From the NCBI RefSeq assembly GCF_001194135.2, contig NC_068981.1, positions 141,994,733 to 142,058,732 of the forward strand: a stretch of 64,000 bases of DNA, given 5' to 3'. A program made the position numbers and the translations under genes. The DNA comes from Octopus bimaculoides (lineage: Eukaryota). This document shows positions 40,370 through 52,379 of the stretch, in pieces (position 1 is the stretch's first letter; every line of letters starts with the position of its first letter). Below the pieces are notes generated by a model, which searched no databases, had not been told where the DNA came from, and saw only the letters and a program-made list of their open reading frames with translations.

Positions 40370-41275
40370 TAGGCAGTGACCTGAATAATAATAATAATAA
40401 TAATAATAACAACAACAGCAACATCGAAACATACCTTAGACGAAGTATGTGAAGGAGAGATTATGATTTGAGGATGATTTATCAGTTATTTCTAGCAAAT
40501 CTTGAAATTTCGTCATTGACTGGAACACAATACATTATGCATATCCGCAGATATGCATAATGGTCAACTACACTCACTCAGATAGACATGCAGCGAAGAA
40601 ACACCTATATAGCTGCTTAATGTTCTGGAAATACCAGCTAAATCTCTCTACTGACTCACTATTGACAAACTGACAAGACAGTAAGGTTATTGACAGATTA
40701 GATAATCTACTTCAAGATGGACAATGCCCGAGTGGAAGATACAATAGTGAATGCGGAAGCCCTTTGAACGTAATTCTGCTCAGTGAAGATTAATCTGGTT
40801 AAAGAATAACACTAACAAGGACAGTAACAACAACGCAATCAATATTTTATTGATATTGGGGGCTATAATAGTTTGCACAAAATACATTCCAATGATGACC
40901 ACAGGTATAGAAGAATGCACTGTTTTTTTTTTTATTTCGTTCATTGAATTTTGATTAAATTTAAGGTCAAATATTTCTTCAGAAACAGAATGAGGCGAAT
41001 TTGAAGCCTGAACGAGGATTTTTCAACGATTTCATTGATCCCTATTACTCGCGTATTAATTATTTTATTGACCCTGGTAGGATGAAAGGCGAAGTCAACG
41101 ATCATATGATTTTAACTAACAACAAAGAATAACGCTGTGAAAAAAACCCAGATGATAATAGAAACAGTGGTATTCCTGCAGCTGCTAATACTGTCACTAC
41201 CACCACCACCACCACCACAACCACCACCACCACCACCACTACTACTACTCTACTACTACTACTAATAATAATAAT

Positions 41276-41690
41276 GGCTTCAAATTTTGGCACGAGGCCA
41301 GCAGTTTCGGGGAAGGGGTGAATCGATTACATCGGCCTAAGTACAACACTGGTACTACTTTTTATTGACTAAGAAAAGACGAAAGGCATGCAGGATTTGA
41401 ACTCAGAATGTAAAAAGCGGGAAGAAACCACTGGAGAGAATTTTTGCGACGAACTAACGACTTTACCAGCCTGCTGCCTGGAAATGTTTGATTTAAGTAC
41501 CAGGCCAGCAATTATGAGGGTAAAGATTAATCGATTACATCCACTCCAGCACCTGACTGGTACTTTATTTTATCAACCCCGAAAGGATGAAAAGCAGTAC
41601 TACCCCCGGCAGAATTTGAACTTAGAACGTAAAGAGCGGGGAGAAATATCGTCAAGTATTATTTCCCGACGTTCAGATGATTTGGCCAAT
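41276..41690 (-). mobile_element. Two tandem SINE family A copies (41276-41480, 41483-41690)
   Basis: Each has ggccagca...atcgattacatc...ctggtact...gaaagg...atttgaact.agaa. Confidence 0.85.
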
Positions 41691-41814
41691 AACAAATGCT
41701 TCCAGATTCGGCAGAAGCCAACAATTGATGGCGGGATTAGTCTTCTTATAAGGAACCTAATACCTGACTGTTTGTTTATTTTATCGCTCTCGGTAGGACT
41801 GACAACAGGAGATA

Positions 41815-42822
41815 TACAGGTCTGATCAATGAGTATCCGGAACGTTGCCATAATAACGAAGCTAAAGCATGGATAGTGAAGCTGCTTGGCACAGATTCAC
41901 CTTGAACTCTGCCGTGCATGTGCACTAACTTTTAACGCTCTAGCTCACTTCCGATGTTTACAGCAGTTCTTGGAAGGAAGGTGTGAAGCGTGTGATCGAC
42001 GCATTGACCATACCAGAGAAAGTTGTCATTGCGATACCAGCTCAAAGGCCTATGCAAAAATGAAGAAAACGTATGGAGAGGAGTGTATGAGCCGCACATA
42101 AGTGTACAAGCGGTTCAGACGTTTCCAAGATGGCCGAAAAAATTTCGATGTTGACGAACGTTCTGGGAGACCCACAACTAACAGAACTGAGAAAAACATC
42201 GCAGATATGCGCGCAAATGTGAGGGGAAATCGTTGAATCAGTATCCGTGAGTTATCAGAGGATGTGCAAATTAGTTGCACTTCCATTCAGTCCATTATCA
42301 CTGAAGATTTGGCTATGAGATGCGTGCCTGCCAGGTTNNNNNNNNNNAATCAGTATCCGTGAGTTATCAGAGGATGTGCAAATTAGTTGCACTTCCTTTC
42401 AGTCCATTATCACTGAAGATTTGGCTATGAGATGCGTGCCTGCCAGGTTTGTGCCAAAACTGCTTTCAGTTGACCAAAAAGACACTCGGATTTCAGTTGC
42501 ACAAGATATCCTTGATTGTGTCCAGAACGTTGAAAACTTTTTCAAAACTTCGCGTAGGCCTCTAATCAGGTATCGCCAAACTTTTGGCAATATTTGATGA
42601 AGATTCTCTGCTCAAATTTCTCTCTTATGGTCAATGCGTCGATCACACGCTACGTAACTTCCTTCCAAGCACTTTTGTAAACAGGGGAAGTGAGATAGAA
42701 CGGTAAAACTTAGTGCGCATGCACAGCAGAGTCCAAAGTCAATCTGTACCAAGCGGCTTCACTCTCCTTGCTTTAGCTTCGCTACTATAGCAACAGCTAT
42801 ACTTATCGATCAGACCACATAT
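41815..42822 (+). mobile_element. Non-autonomous mariner derivative with long (about 250-290 bp) inverted arms
   Basis: Termini ta-caggtctgatcaatgagtat and atacttatcgatcagaccacat-ata. The right arm is an inverted copy of the 5' end, extending into the transposase start. Confidence 0.88.
42030..42549 (+). pseudogene. Mariner transposase N-terminal fragment (two stops, no catalytic domain)
   Basis: AYAKMKKTYGEECMSRT*VYKRFRRFQDGR...DERSGRP...ISIRELSEDV...LAMRCVPARFVPKLLSVDQK shows the HTH and WVPxxL-type linker motifs. Confidence 0.88.
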
Positions 42823-42984
42823 ATGTAAATATTATCTCCGTTTAAAGAATCTTTATTCATGCAGTGTTGAGCACTCATTCACATTGTTCGAAATTTACAC
42901 ACACACATATTGTGTGTGTATATATATATATTTTTTTCTCTTTGTATTTCTGTATATGTAAGCACATGTATCTATTGTGTATGT

Positions 42985-43070
42985 ATTCACACAGTATAGA
43001 TGAATGGTTAAGAAGCCTACTTCACAGTCACGAGTTTCAAGTTCGATGACACTGTGAGTCGCGCCATGTT
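42985..43070 (+). mobile_element. SINE family B head
   Basis: gatgaatggttaagaagc...caagttcgatg. Confidence 0.55.
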
Positions 43071-45123
43071 TTATGAGATAAACTTACTACACATACATTC
43101 TGTTATGAGTCTTACACCCCTGAGTCTAGGGTCGAAACTTGTCATAGTATCACGCTGGGGGTAGATGAAAGGTGAGGTGTCAAATAAAGAAGATGTCATT
43201 GAATTGATTGAACAACTGAATATTCATCGTCGAAATCGACAATGAATCCGTTTATTTAATTTTACGGGTATGTACGTGCGTATATATGTGCATTTTGGGA
43301 TATATGTGTATCCAAATAACTATTCACGCTTGTATATGCCTGTGTATATCTGTATTATGCATGTATGTATCTTTGTGCATATTTTATATATTATGAATAT
43401 GTGTATCTCTTACATAATACGCACAAGTATACTCATACACATATACATATTTATGCATATATATATATATATTTATGCATTATGCAAGTACGTATGTATG
43501 GATTCCTTTATGTATGCCTATAAGTATCGATCTAATTGTAAGTACGTGTGTCGATGCTATAATTTATGTATTTGTCTATGTCTGTATATACATAGACACG
43601 TACACATAATTGTATGTATAGTATATGAACACTTCGGATTTTGCTATTTTTAATATTTGTTTATTTATGATCTCCAATTGCTATTGACATTCGAAGATGA
43701 TTTAACATCTCAATTGATTACTTATTTATTTCGTTTATACATTTCCACGATACTTTATCTATTTATTTATATTTTTGGCTCTTTTTTTTGCCTCGATTTA
43801 TCACTTCATTCATTAATATATATTATGAGAGCTGATAATGAATCAGAGAAATAATTATCTCTACCTCGATAAATTTTCATTGGTGCACCATAACAAAACA
43901 TAAACAAATCAACACCATCGCTAACGCCATCACCAACTTCACTACCGCCACCATCAGCAAAAATAATCTTCCTTCTGCTAGTAATAATGATAATATTGAT
44001 AATAATAAAAATAGTAGCAGTACCAACAACAACATCATAGAAGAAAAGATACATATCAGTTTGTAGATTGATTAAGCAGAAGCTCGATAATGTGCTAAAA
44101 CAACCACTAATTAGACATAAAACATCAGATTCTTGCAAACAGAAATTTAATGTTCAATATGATGTTTGTGTTTTCAAATTGCTGACGATGGAATTTATAA
44201 AATGTGTGGAATGGTATTGGCGGATGTAGGATGGACTTGTGTTTGCAGAGAAAAATATTTTTCAAAAATATTTTTCAAAATTAATCTTTTAAAATTGCTT
44301 GTTTTAAAATCAAGAATGCTCTTTAACTGCCCAGGTTTGACTGTCTGGTGAGATAAAAGTCAGACTTTTATTGAGATTTTACCTCTAGCAAATGAAAGAC
44401 GGTGGGAATGATGGTTCTGTGGTCTTTTAATCTACTAGAAATATCATCTAAATGTCTTTCAAATCATTCTCTCCCGTTTAAAAATAAACGGAAAATGAGC
44501 CTGAAAGAAATCATTAGACAAAAGTAGGCCTAGGAGTGTGCAGAAAAAGAGGACATTCTTAAAAATAACACATCTATAGTTAAAGATCGATTAGATACGA
44601 ACTGATCAACTGACTTATGGTTAAATATCAACAACATCAGCAAATAGTTTACCTGAATTTATCTAGTATAATGTGAAATAGTGCTTGACACATGGAACCG
44701 ATCCCGTGGCTGTTGTTTTCGAATGCCTGCAATAAAAAAAATAGAAGTCACACAGCACAGTGAAATACTTTCTCAGTAACACCAATCCAAAGAGGACATA
44801 TTCGGCTATCATACAGTTTATCTTGATATATTTGCCTATAAATATTTATCAAATTAGGCAAAAGTAATTATCTGTCATACACAAGTTATTTCAGATGTAT
44901 CACTAGCATTTAAATGGCAAATAAAAATTTAATTTTACCTTTTGCTGCAGTTCCTATTTTAAATATTTATAATACCAGCTAGTATTTTGTTGTGAAATCT
45001 TTTGGCATGTATGTTGGTTTATATATTTTTAGAAAAATCTCGTTACCAAAAGATGACAGCATTAATTGTGCTAAAAATGGCACAATGTAGCTCCTGTCCT
45101 ATTCACTTTTTGTGTATACTCAG

Positions 45124-45165
45124 ATCAACTGCCCAGGATGTGCTGTGCGGCTGCCAGTATGACTG
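45124..45165 (+). CDS. Candidate 42-nt exon (STAQDVLCGCQYD or QLPRMCCAAASMT frame)
   Basis: Acceptor cactttttgtgtatactcag, donor CTG/gtaagg. Unconfirmed. Confidence 0.25.
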
Positions 45166-46021
45166 GTAAGGGTAGTATTCGAGCTATCTCCGAATACCTG
45201 AACAACAAGATCATTTAATAGTGTGGTGAGAAGGTGGGCGAAAAATATGCTGCGGCAGCGGGAGTTGTGAAGAAGTGATAGCGATGGGGGGAAACGAGTC
45301 GTACCTTACTAAGCTAAACAAATTTGTTCTACCAGCAGTTATTAACCTGTTTATACTAATAATAAATGGGCCTTTGAACTACTCTGTATAACAAACACTG
45401 AACAGTTGATGCTATCACTAGTACTTATTTAATCAACCGGTAGGAGGATGGATCTTTAAAATGACCCCTGGGTTATCTGTGTTCAGAAGAGTTCCACGAG
45501 CAGTCTCGATATGCTTAGTTCTAGTTGTCTGATTGCCGTATGGAATAACAGCAGTACACTTATAAAGTTGATGAAGGATCAATTTACTTGTGATGTTGTT
45601 AATAATAGTTAGAGCTTAAGGTTTGAGAATGGAATGCATGTTCATTTCAGTATGCGTGGAAAATTCCTTCTGCACGAAAATGTATAATATACCTGAGCCT
45701 TCAGAAAGACAAACACATGTCTGCATAATTGCATGCTTGTATGTGAAGGTTTGTATGTTTATATATGTATATGTGTATGTATGTATGGGTGCGTTAATAT
45801 TATTTGAAGGCAATTTTAACAGAACCAACTAGGCAGTTATTGCAGGTGTCGTTCTATAATGAGAATTAGTTGAAGAATCTAACAGTCTAAAGTAACGGTG
45901 CTAGCCTGCTTTATCTCCGGCTTTAATAAACCAAGAGCTCATGTTCTATGGTATTTAATAAGCCTGTACTTGTCTATTTGTTCAAATACATGACAATGTT
46001 ATATCGGTTCGCTCAGTTTTG

Positions 46022-46064
<43 letters not shown>

Positions 46065-46264
46065 TCACACATCTTATTTCAAACGGACATTTTTCTACAT
46101 ACACTCACAATCACATACGCTGGAAGACTGAGTAAGCAACGTAGTGAATCGTCAGCCACCTCGTTATAAATGTTAAGTCTACACCATGTATTCAATGTCC
46201 TTTCTTTCCTTTGCAATCTCAAACACACACGCATATTAGTGAATATAAATAAATAAATAAATAA

Positions 46265-46332
<68 letters not shown>

Positions 46333-47049
46333 TTATATATACATACGCATACGAACACTTTGTGTAGGATTCCAATCTTTGCTTTTTGTTTGTTATCTTT
46401 TTAAACCGCTGCTCAACATAAATGAATGGCATGCACTTAAAACATGCGCGTGCGATTTTAACTGCAATTAATGCAAATCTTTTTTAAATTGGATTATTAT
46501 AATTGATAAAAACAATCAAGAGTTTTGAGATGAGGGAATTTTGTGTAGTTTTTGTTATTTTATTAGTTATTTTAACCTACAGCTTACTTTTTGTGGATTT
46601 TTGTATTTTCTGTTTTTGTTTCTCTTTTTGCATTTGAGAGACGTTGTCGTTGTTGATGTTCGTAATTATAGTTTATGTAACAATTATTTTCTTAACGATA
46701 GAATTAGTGCTTAGCTGATTATTATGATCCTACTGCTAGACGTATGATTGGCATGACTCCATGTATTTTATATTATCGATTGAATTCCAGAGACTAATGC
46801 TGGAATAAAGAGATAAATAAATGAAAGATAGAAAAAAAACAAGAAAAATAAAGCACAACAACAACAATAAATTGAGCACATATGAAGAGGGAAAATGATG
46901 TAATTGGTGAGTGGGTGGGTGAGAGAAAGTCAATTAATGATGGATATGAAGCGCCACATCCCATACTTTTATATAATCAAAAGAATAATTTGACCCATTA
47001 TTAACCAAAAGGTTAGCGAATGAAAAACAAAGAAAATATTCCTTCTCGC

Positions 47050-47160
47050 TTGATAGGCCCAGGCATAGCCCTGCGAGTAAATAGTTTGCTTCGAAACCAA
47101 TCCGTCTCAGGTTCACTTCTTCTGTACAGAACCTCGGGTAAGTCTTTTTTTCCTGTAAAC
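47050..47160 (+). mobile_element. SINE family B 5' half (degraded)
   Basis: aaatagtttgcttc...caggttcac...acctcgggtaagtcttt (CORE-like). Confidence 0.55.
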
Positions 47161-47404
47161 TGTATTTCTCTTTACAAATTAGCGTGTGCAATAATTTACA
47201 TATAAATACATATTAGCTTATATATCCGTGTGTATATTTGCATATATATATATATACATATATATGTATATGTATGTATGTATGTATATATGTATGTATG
47301 TATATGTATGTATGTATATTCTTCAAAATAATAAGTTCTCAGAAGCTTTTACATTTTAATTATTCCACTATTCCACAAAGTGCTGATAAACGTTTCTTTT
47401 TTTT

Positions 47405-47765
47405 CAATTTTGGACATGGTGTCAAAAATTTGGCTTGGAGTGTGATCCACAGTATCGAACCCAGCACTTGATCAGTATTTATTTTATCGTCCTCGAGAGG
47501 ATGAAATTCGACCGTAGAGGGATATAACTAAATACTATAAACCGTTTAGTTAAGCATTTCTATCATATGTTCGACAGCACATTCTGTGGGAGAAGGAGGT
47601 ACGGCTGCTTTTGTTGGATCCGTTATTTAGTGTATTTATTATATAGAGCGCAGAAAGATGAAAGGAGACATTCACTCTTGCGGGATTTAGAAATTAGAAC
47701 ATTAGCACATAAATGAACGTAACTAAATATGGTGAAGCATTTAGTCCGGCTTTCTATCATTTCTG
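47405..47765 (-). mobile_element. Two degraded SINE family A copies
   Basis: cagtatttattttatcgtcctcgagaggatgaaa and gaaagatgaaagg...gggatttagaaattagaac. Confidence 0.65.
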
Positions 47766-48044
47766 CTGTAAAATTCCTCATCACTAAGAGAGCGCTAATG
47801 ATAATAAAATAAAATATGTGCACGAAGCGTGAAGAAGCTTCTCGATAAATACTGGTATGCGACAAGCTAAATCCATGTAATACACGTGTACGCATACACA
47901 AGTTCGTGTTTATAACCTTTGTTAGAATATAGCGTTGTCAACATTTATGTTAGAGCATTATTTATTTGTTTCTGATACACTCTTATGATTGTACATCGTG
48001 ACGTAGTAATTGCATGTTTACACATAAATATCCGTATGATTGTG

Positions 48045-48100
<56 letters not shown>

Positions 48101-48101
48101 T

Positions 48102-48166
<65 letters not shown>

Positions 48167-48343
48167 TGTGAGAATGTAAGGGAGAGTATGTGTGCTCGTG
48201 CATGGGCTGTTTGAGACTCTTCTTGCTTATATTTGTAGTACATATGCTCATATACCAGATACATAAACAAACTTGATACGAATATATATCATGTGTCATA
48301 TGAACTCTTACACATCACTCTCTCTTTCTATCTGTCTCTCTCT

Positions 48344-48397
<54 letters not shown>

Positions 48398-49261
48398 CTG
48401 ATGCAGCTATGCGCGTGTGTGACAAGGGACAAGCGGTTCTTATAAAATTTGAAAATATACCAGATACAAAGGGACAAAAGTTTGAAAACAAAGTTTTGCA
48501 ATGTACACTACGCGTGCGCACACACCATTTTTCTAGATATAATAGTTAATAGCGGAAAGTGTTGTCACATAGGCTAAAGCCGAATATAAACAGTACATTT
48601 TTATGGGGAGCAAATCAACGGATGGCGTTTAGGATGCCAGCTTGGGAGGTTTAAGAAAATCTTAAAATCCAATCTCATAGTGTAACATTCACGCCGGCTA
48701 TTGGAAAAGACCAGCTCTGATCCAGTCACTCGGAGAAAAAGACAAAAAAAATGTGATTTGAATCGCGTAGCTTTGTTCTGGTTTATGAGCGTTATGCATC
48801 CCGCTGCAACAAATTTCGTGACTGACCCCTGACAAGTGACGAATAAGTTTTACTGCCGTTCATGATTAGGCCTGATTAGCCATTGCAAGAGTGCTGGCAA
48901 TCAAATGCATGATAGAAAGAGAAAGAAGATCAGCATGACTACGTCACCATCATTGTCATCCTCGTGATCAACGTCCCGGCTGCCGTCGTCGTTGTTGTCT
49001 CTCCTCCTCATTGCCATTCATTTTATATACATGCGTATATACATACATTGTGCATATGTGTATATATGCGCACGCGGGCATTCGTACCCGCATACGCAAC
49101 ATTCTATGTGCGTCGAGCATACCTGTGTATATGAGCTTATGTATATTTCTATACTCGTATATGTCTTCATGTGTCGCATTCCACAAACACACATATTAAC
49201 GTGTCTGTGCTTGCATTCTTGTGTGTCGTATGTTCGTATTTACTTCTCTCTCTCTTTCACA

Positions 49262-49308
<47 letters not shown>

Positions 49309-49678
49309 GTGTGTGTGTGTGTGTGTGTTTGTGTGTAAAAAAGAAATCAACATGGCGTTTGATGGGCAATAGGGATTATATGAGAGGGAAACTGCAATGC
49401 TATCGTTATAAAATGAAACATGATTTTGATAGGTCGACACGTCATGCGATAAACTATTATAGTTCATGGCTATAAATATTGACCAAATATTGCAATAAAG
49501 CATATTGCATTGCTATAGGGATATATTAAGTCAGGTTATCGATAGGATTATGTAGGCTGAAACTCAGACGAACACAGACACACACACATTTATAAGCGCA
49601 TACATATGTGCATACGCACATGCAAATACATACATAAATGATACACATGGACGCAATCATATATCTTTGTATGAGAAT

Positions 49679-49721
<43 letters not shown>

Positions 49722-49938
49722 GTGTCTGTGTAGTGGTGGTGTTATCTAAATACAGGTTATGAAGAAAATAAGTATGAAGTACTCTCAATGGGAGGTTTTA
49801 CAACTTAAATNNNNNNNNNNNNNNNNNNNNNNNNNNNNNNNNNNNNNNNNNNNNNNNNNNNNNNNNNNNNNNNNNNNNNNNNNNNNNNNNNNATATATAT
49901 GTATATATATATATATATAAATGAGTAATAGTAAAGGT

Positions 49939-50025
49939 ATACATTACGGCCGTTTCTAACGATTCCTTTAATTGATTAATGAAAACATTACATCATTGTA
50001 AAGAAACCGCTTTCGTCAGATGAAT
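49939..50025 (-). ncRNA. Type I hammerhead motif, left arm, intact GUA site
   Basis: auucau-CUGACGA-a-[agcgguuucuuua/uaaaggaaucguu 13-bp stem II]-a-GAAACGGCCGUA-auguau. Confidence 0.65.
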
Positions 50026-50317
50026 TCATAAACTTCAAAATAAAGGACATTCAGAATGATTTAACATAGTTTAAAATCCACGGACAAAAAAACATTTACA
50101 GTGATTCTGATATTATTTCCGCTTCCTATTTCTGCCTACTGAAATAATAGCATAATCACTGTAAATATTTTGGCTCTGTGGATTTTAAACTATGTCAAAT
50201 ATTTCTGGATGCCCATTATTTTGAAATTCATGAATTCATCTGACGAAAACTGCTTCTTTACAATGATGTAATGTTTTCATTAATCAATTAAATGGCTCAT
50301 TAGAAACGGCCGCAATG
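49942..50317. repeat. 376-bp fold-back: arms of about 178 bp (49942-50119, 50141-50317) with a 21-nt spacer
   Basis: The arms align end to end at roughly 85% identity by eye. Confidence 0.95.
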
Positions 50318-50320
50318 GAT
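50234..50320 (+). ncRNA. Type I hammerhead motif, right arm, GUA changed to GCA
   Basis: auucau-CUGACGA...GAAACGGCCGCA-auggau. Stem I is fully paired and stem II is decayed. Confidence 0.55.
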
Positions 50321-50774
50321 TGACACTTGTACCCCTATTGTTTCTCATTTATATTCAATTTACCTCTTTCCTTAGTATATTTCATGGACAATATATTTAA
50401 TATACTGTACATGTCTGAATAGCTCAAGAGTGGATTTCTTCACTCAGCTAGGTTTAATTGTCTGCATACACTGCAAGAATATCATTCGGCTGGTACTCAT
50501 GTACCAAATTTGATATTTACTTAATATTGTTGTGTGTATATTATTCCAACCTAACGCGGTGCCTCAATTTAAGTACCTAATTCAACTGAATCATATATAT
50601 ATATATATAAGGTTATGAAGGGTATTAAATTCAACCAAACCCAAAGATACAGGTAATACCAAGTAAGTGCTGTATACCGGCTAGTTTTGCCCCTTATATA
50701 TATTTACAAGGAGATGGCTGAACTTTTACTCCCACTTTTATACTCAAACACGCGTACACACACAAACACACAAA

Positions 50775-50937
50775 CAACAGGGTTCGCACAGCTTTCGTAT
50801 ACTAACTTTACACAAAAGACATTGGTCAGCATTGGGTATAGCTGAAAGTATTTGCTTAAAGTGCCGAGCCGTGTCGGGCGATTGAACCTGAAACCATATG
50901 GTTGGAAAGCCAGCTTCTTCACCAATCATCTATGCCT
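50775..50937 (-). mobile_element. SINE family B 5' half
   Basis: Collinear with 30855-31024 (gaacc.gaaaccatatggt.g.aagc...cttctt). Confidence 0.75.
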
Positions 50938-51133
50938 CTCCCCATACATAATGACCATCTAAAATTGACCGATAAGCTGCAAAATATTATCTCGTGACAT
51001 AACAATATGAGATATTTTATTTTTTTATATCTAACCTCTTTGCTCGAATCAAACATTAATCACTGCTGAAATTTAACCTTTGACTCCGGCTTCTATGATC
51101 GATAGACAGAGAGAAAAAATAAATGATTATATA

Positions 51134-51166
<33 letters not shown>

Positions 51167-51196
51167 TATAATAATAATAATAATAATAATAATAAT

Positions 51197-51340
51197 GGTT
51201 TGGCACAAGGCCAGCAATTTTGGAGGCGGGTTAAGCCGATCACATCGACCCCAGTGATCAACTGGTACTTATTTTACCGACCTCGAAAGGATGAAAGGTA
51301 ATGTGTGCCCGGCGTGCTAACGATTCTGGCACCTTGCCCC
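51197..51340 (-). mobile_element. SINE family A with internal deletion; (ATT)n tail at 51134-51196
   Basis: The central block joins directly to cccggcgtgctaacgattctg. Confidence 0.85.
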
Positions 51341-51899
51341 CTTAATAATAATGAAAAACACTGCATATTAATATAATATTTCCAAATGCACCCACCCTTT
51401 TATTTACTGCAAATGCTTAAGTATAATGCTATCTCGAATATAATGCGAGCATCCCTCCCTACATTTTCCACCTAACAAATCTGTAATATCATTAAGCTCT
51501 CTTTTTGTTCTTTTACCCCTTAATATAAAGGCAGATATACGTAATTTTACCCTTGACGTAACTACGGCAGGTAGTGTTTGGTACCGTTATATTATCTACT
51601 TATCATAGTTAGTCATATAGATATTCCTCTGTTATTGCCTTGTTTTGTTGTGACATGATTACCTTTCTCATCATTGAGATCGATGTAATGTCTAAATGTC
51701 TCGTGGCCTTGTCCCACTTAATTCATCGAATCTTCAAGTTCTTTGTTATTTTATAGATATTCAATGCTGGGGGCATTGCTTTTAATATCCAGCTCATTAA
51801 TTATTTCAGTCTAATAAGTTTATCGATTATATTAGTGGAACGCTTACAAACATACAATCATTAAATGATACGCACACACACATATACACGCACATGTAT

Positions 51900-52030
51900 T
51901 GATCAAAAATTGAATAAATTCACTGCAAATCCATGAGGTTTTCGGATCGATACCTCTGCATGGTACATTGGATAAGTGTCTTTACCATGACTACGAATCG
52001 CCTCAAAGATTTCTGAATGAAATTAAGTAG
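51900..52030 (+). mobile_element. Degraded SINE family B head
   Basis: ggatcgatacc...ggtacattggataagtgtcttt (CORE-like). Confidence 0.45.
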
Positions 52031-52208
52031 AGGAAGATGTCAGAAAACCGCTTTGTAGAGTGTCCTTGCAATTCAAAGTTTTACCCCTATCACGCTGATT
52101 CCAATTCACATTTAAAGGATGAATCACGTTTGTGCAATGAATAAAACGTCTAGATAGCTCACACGTCGAAATCGAAGATAGAATCATAGATAGACTTAAA
52201 CACACACA

Positions 52209-52257
<49 letters not shown>

Positions 52258-52379
52258 ACACATATACATACACGCACACACACACCTCCCCGCTCTGTTC
52301 ATTTCTCACTCAAAATACATTTTGGTCTTCTATCCACCACTAAAGGTAATTTAAAATTTTTGCATGAGGTTAATAGTGA

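Larger units (their letters stand above)
39999..40439 (-). mobile_element. Non-autonomous hammerhead-bearing element (Penelope-LTR or retrozyme-like) with an inverted tRNA-derived head
   Basis: 276-bp palindrome 40164-40439 holding two divergent tRNA-like units, then a unique arm with a hammerhead motif and an AT-rich tail. Confidence 0.75.

Noticed and set aside
40310-40383. tRNA gene (anticodon ACT)
   Set aside because: No acceptor-stem pairing, and it is part of a repeat palindrome. It is tRNA-derived (Ser/Asn-like loop), not a functional tRNA.
40697-40769. CPSGRYNSEC as an EGF/laminin exon
   Set aside because: The cysteine pattern is incomplete, and it lies next to family D repeat sequence.
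42238-42447. Apparent 100-bp tandem duplication in the transposase
   Set aside because: The two copies differ by one base and flank a 10-N gap, so they are most likely overlapping contig ends (assembly or haplotype artefact).
43100-43147. Hammerhead-like ccct/aggg stem followed by GAAACUUGUC
   Set aside because: The CUGANGA core is absent.
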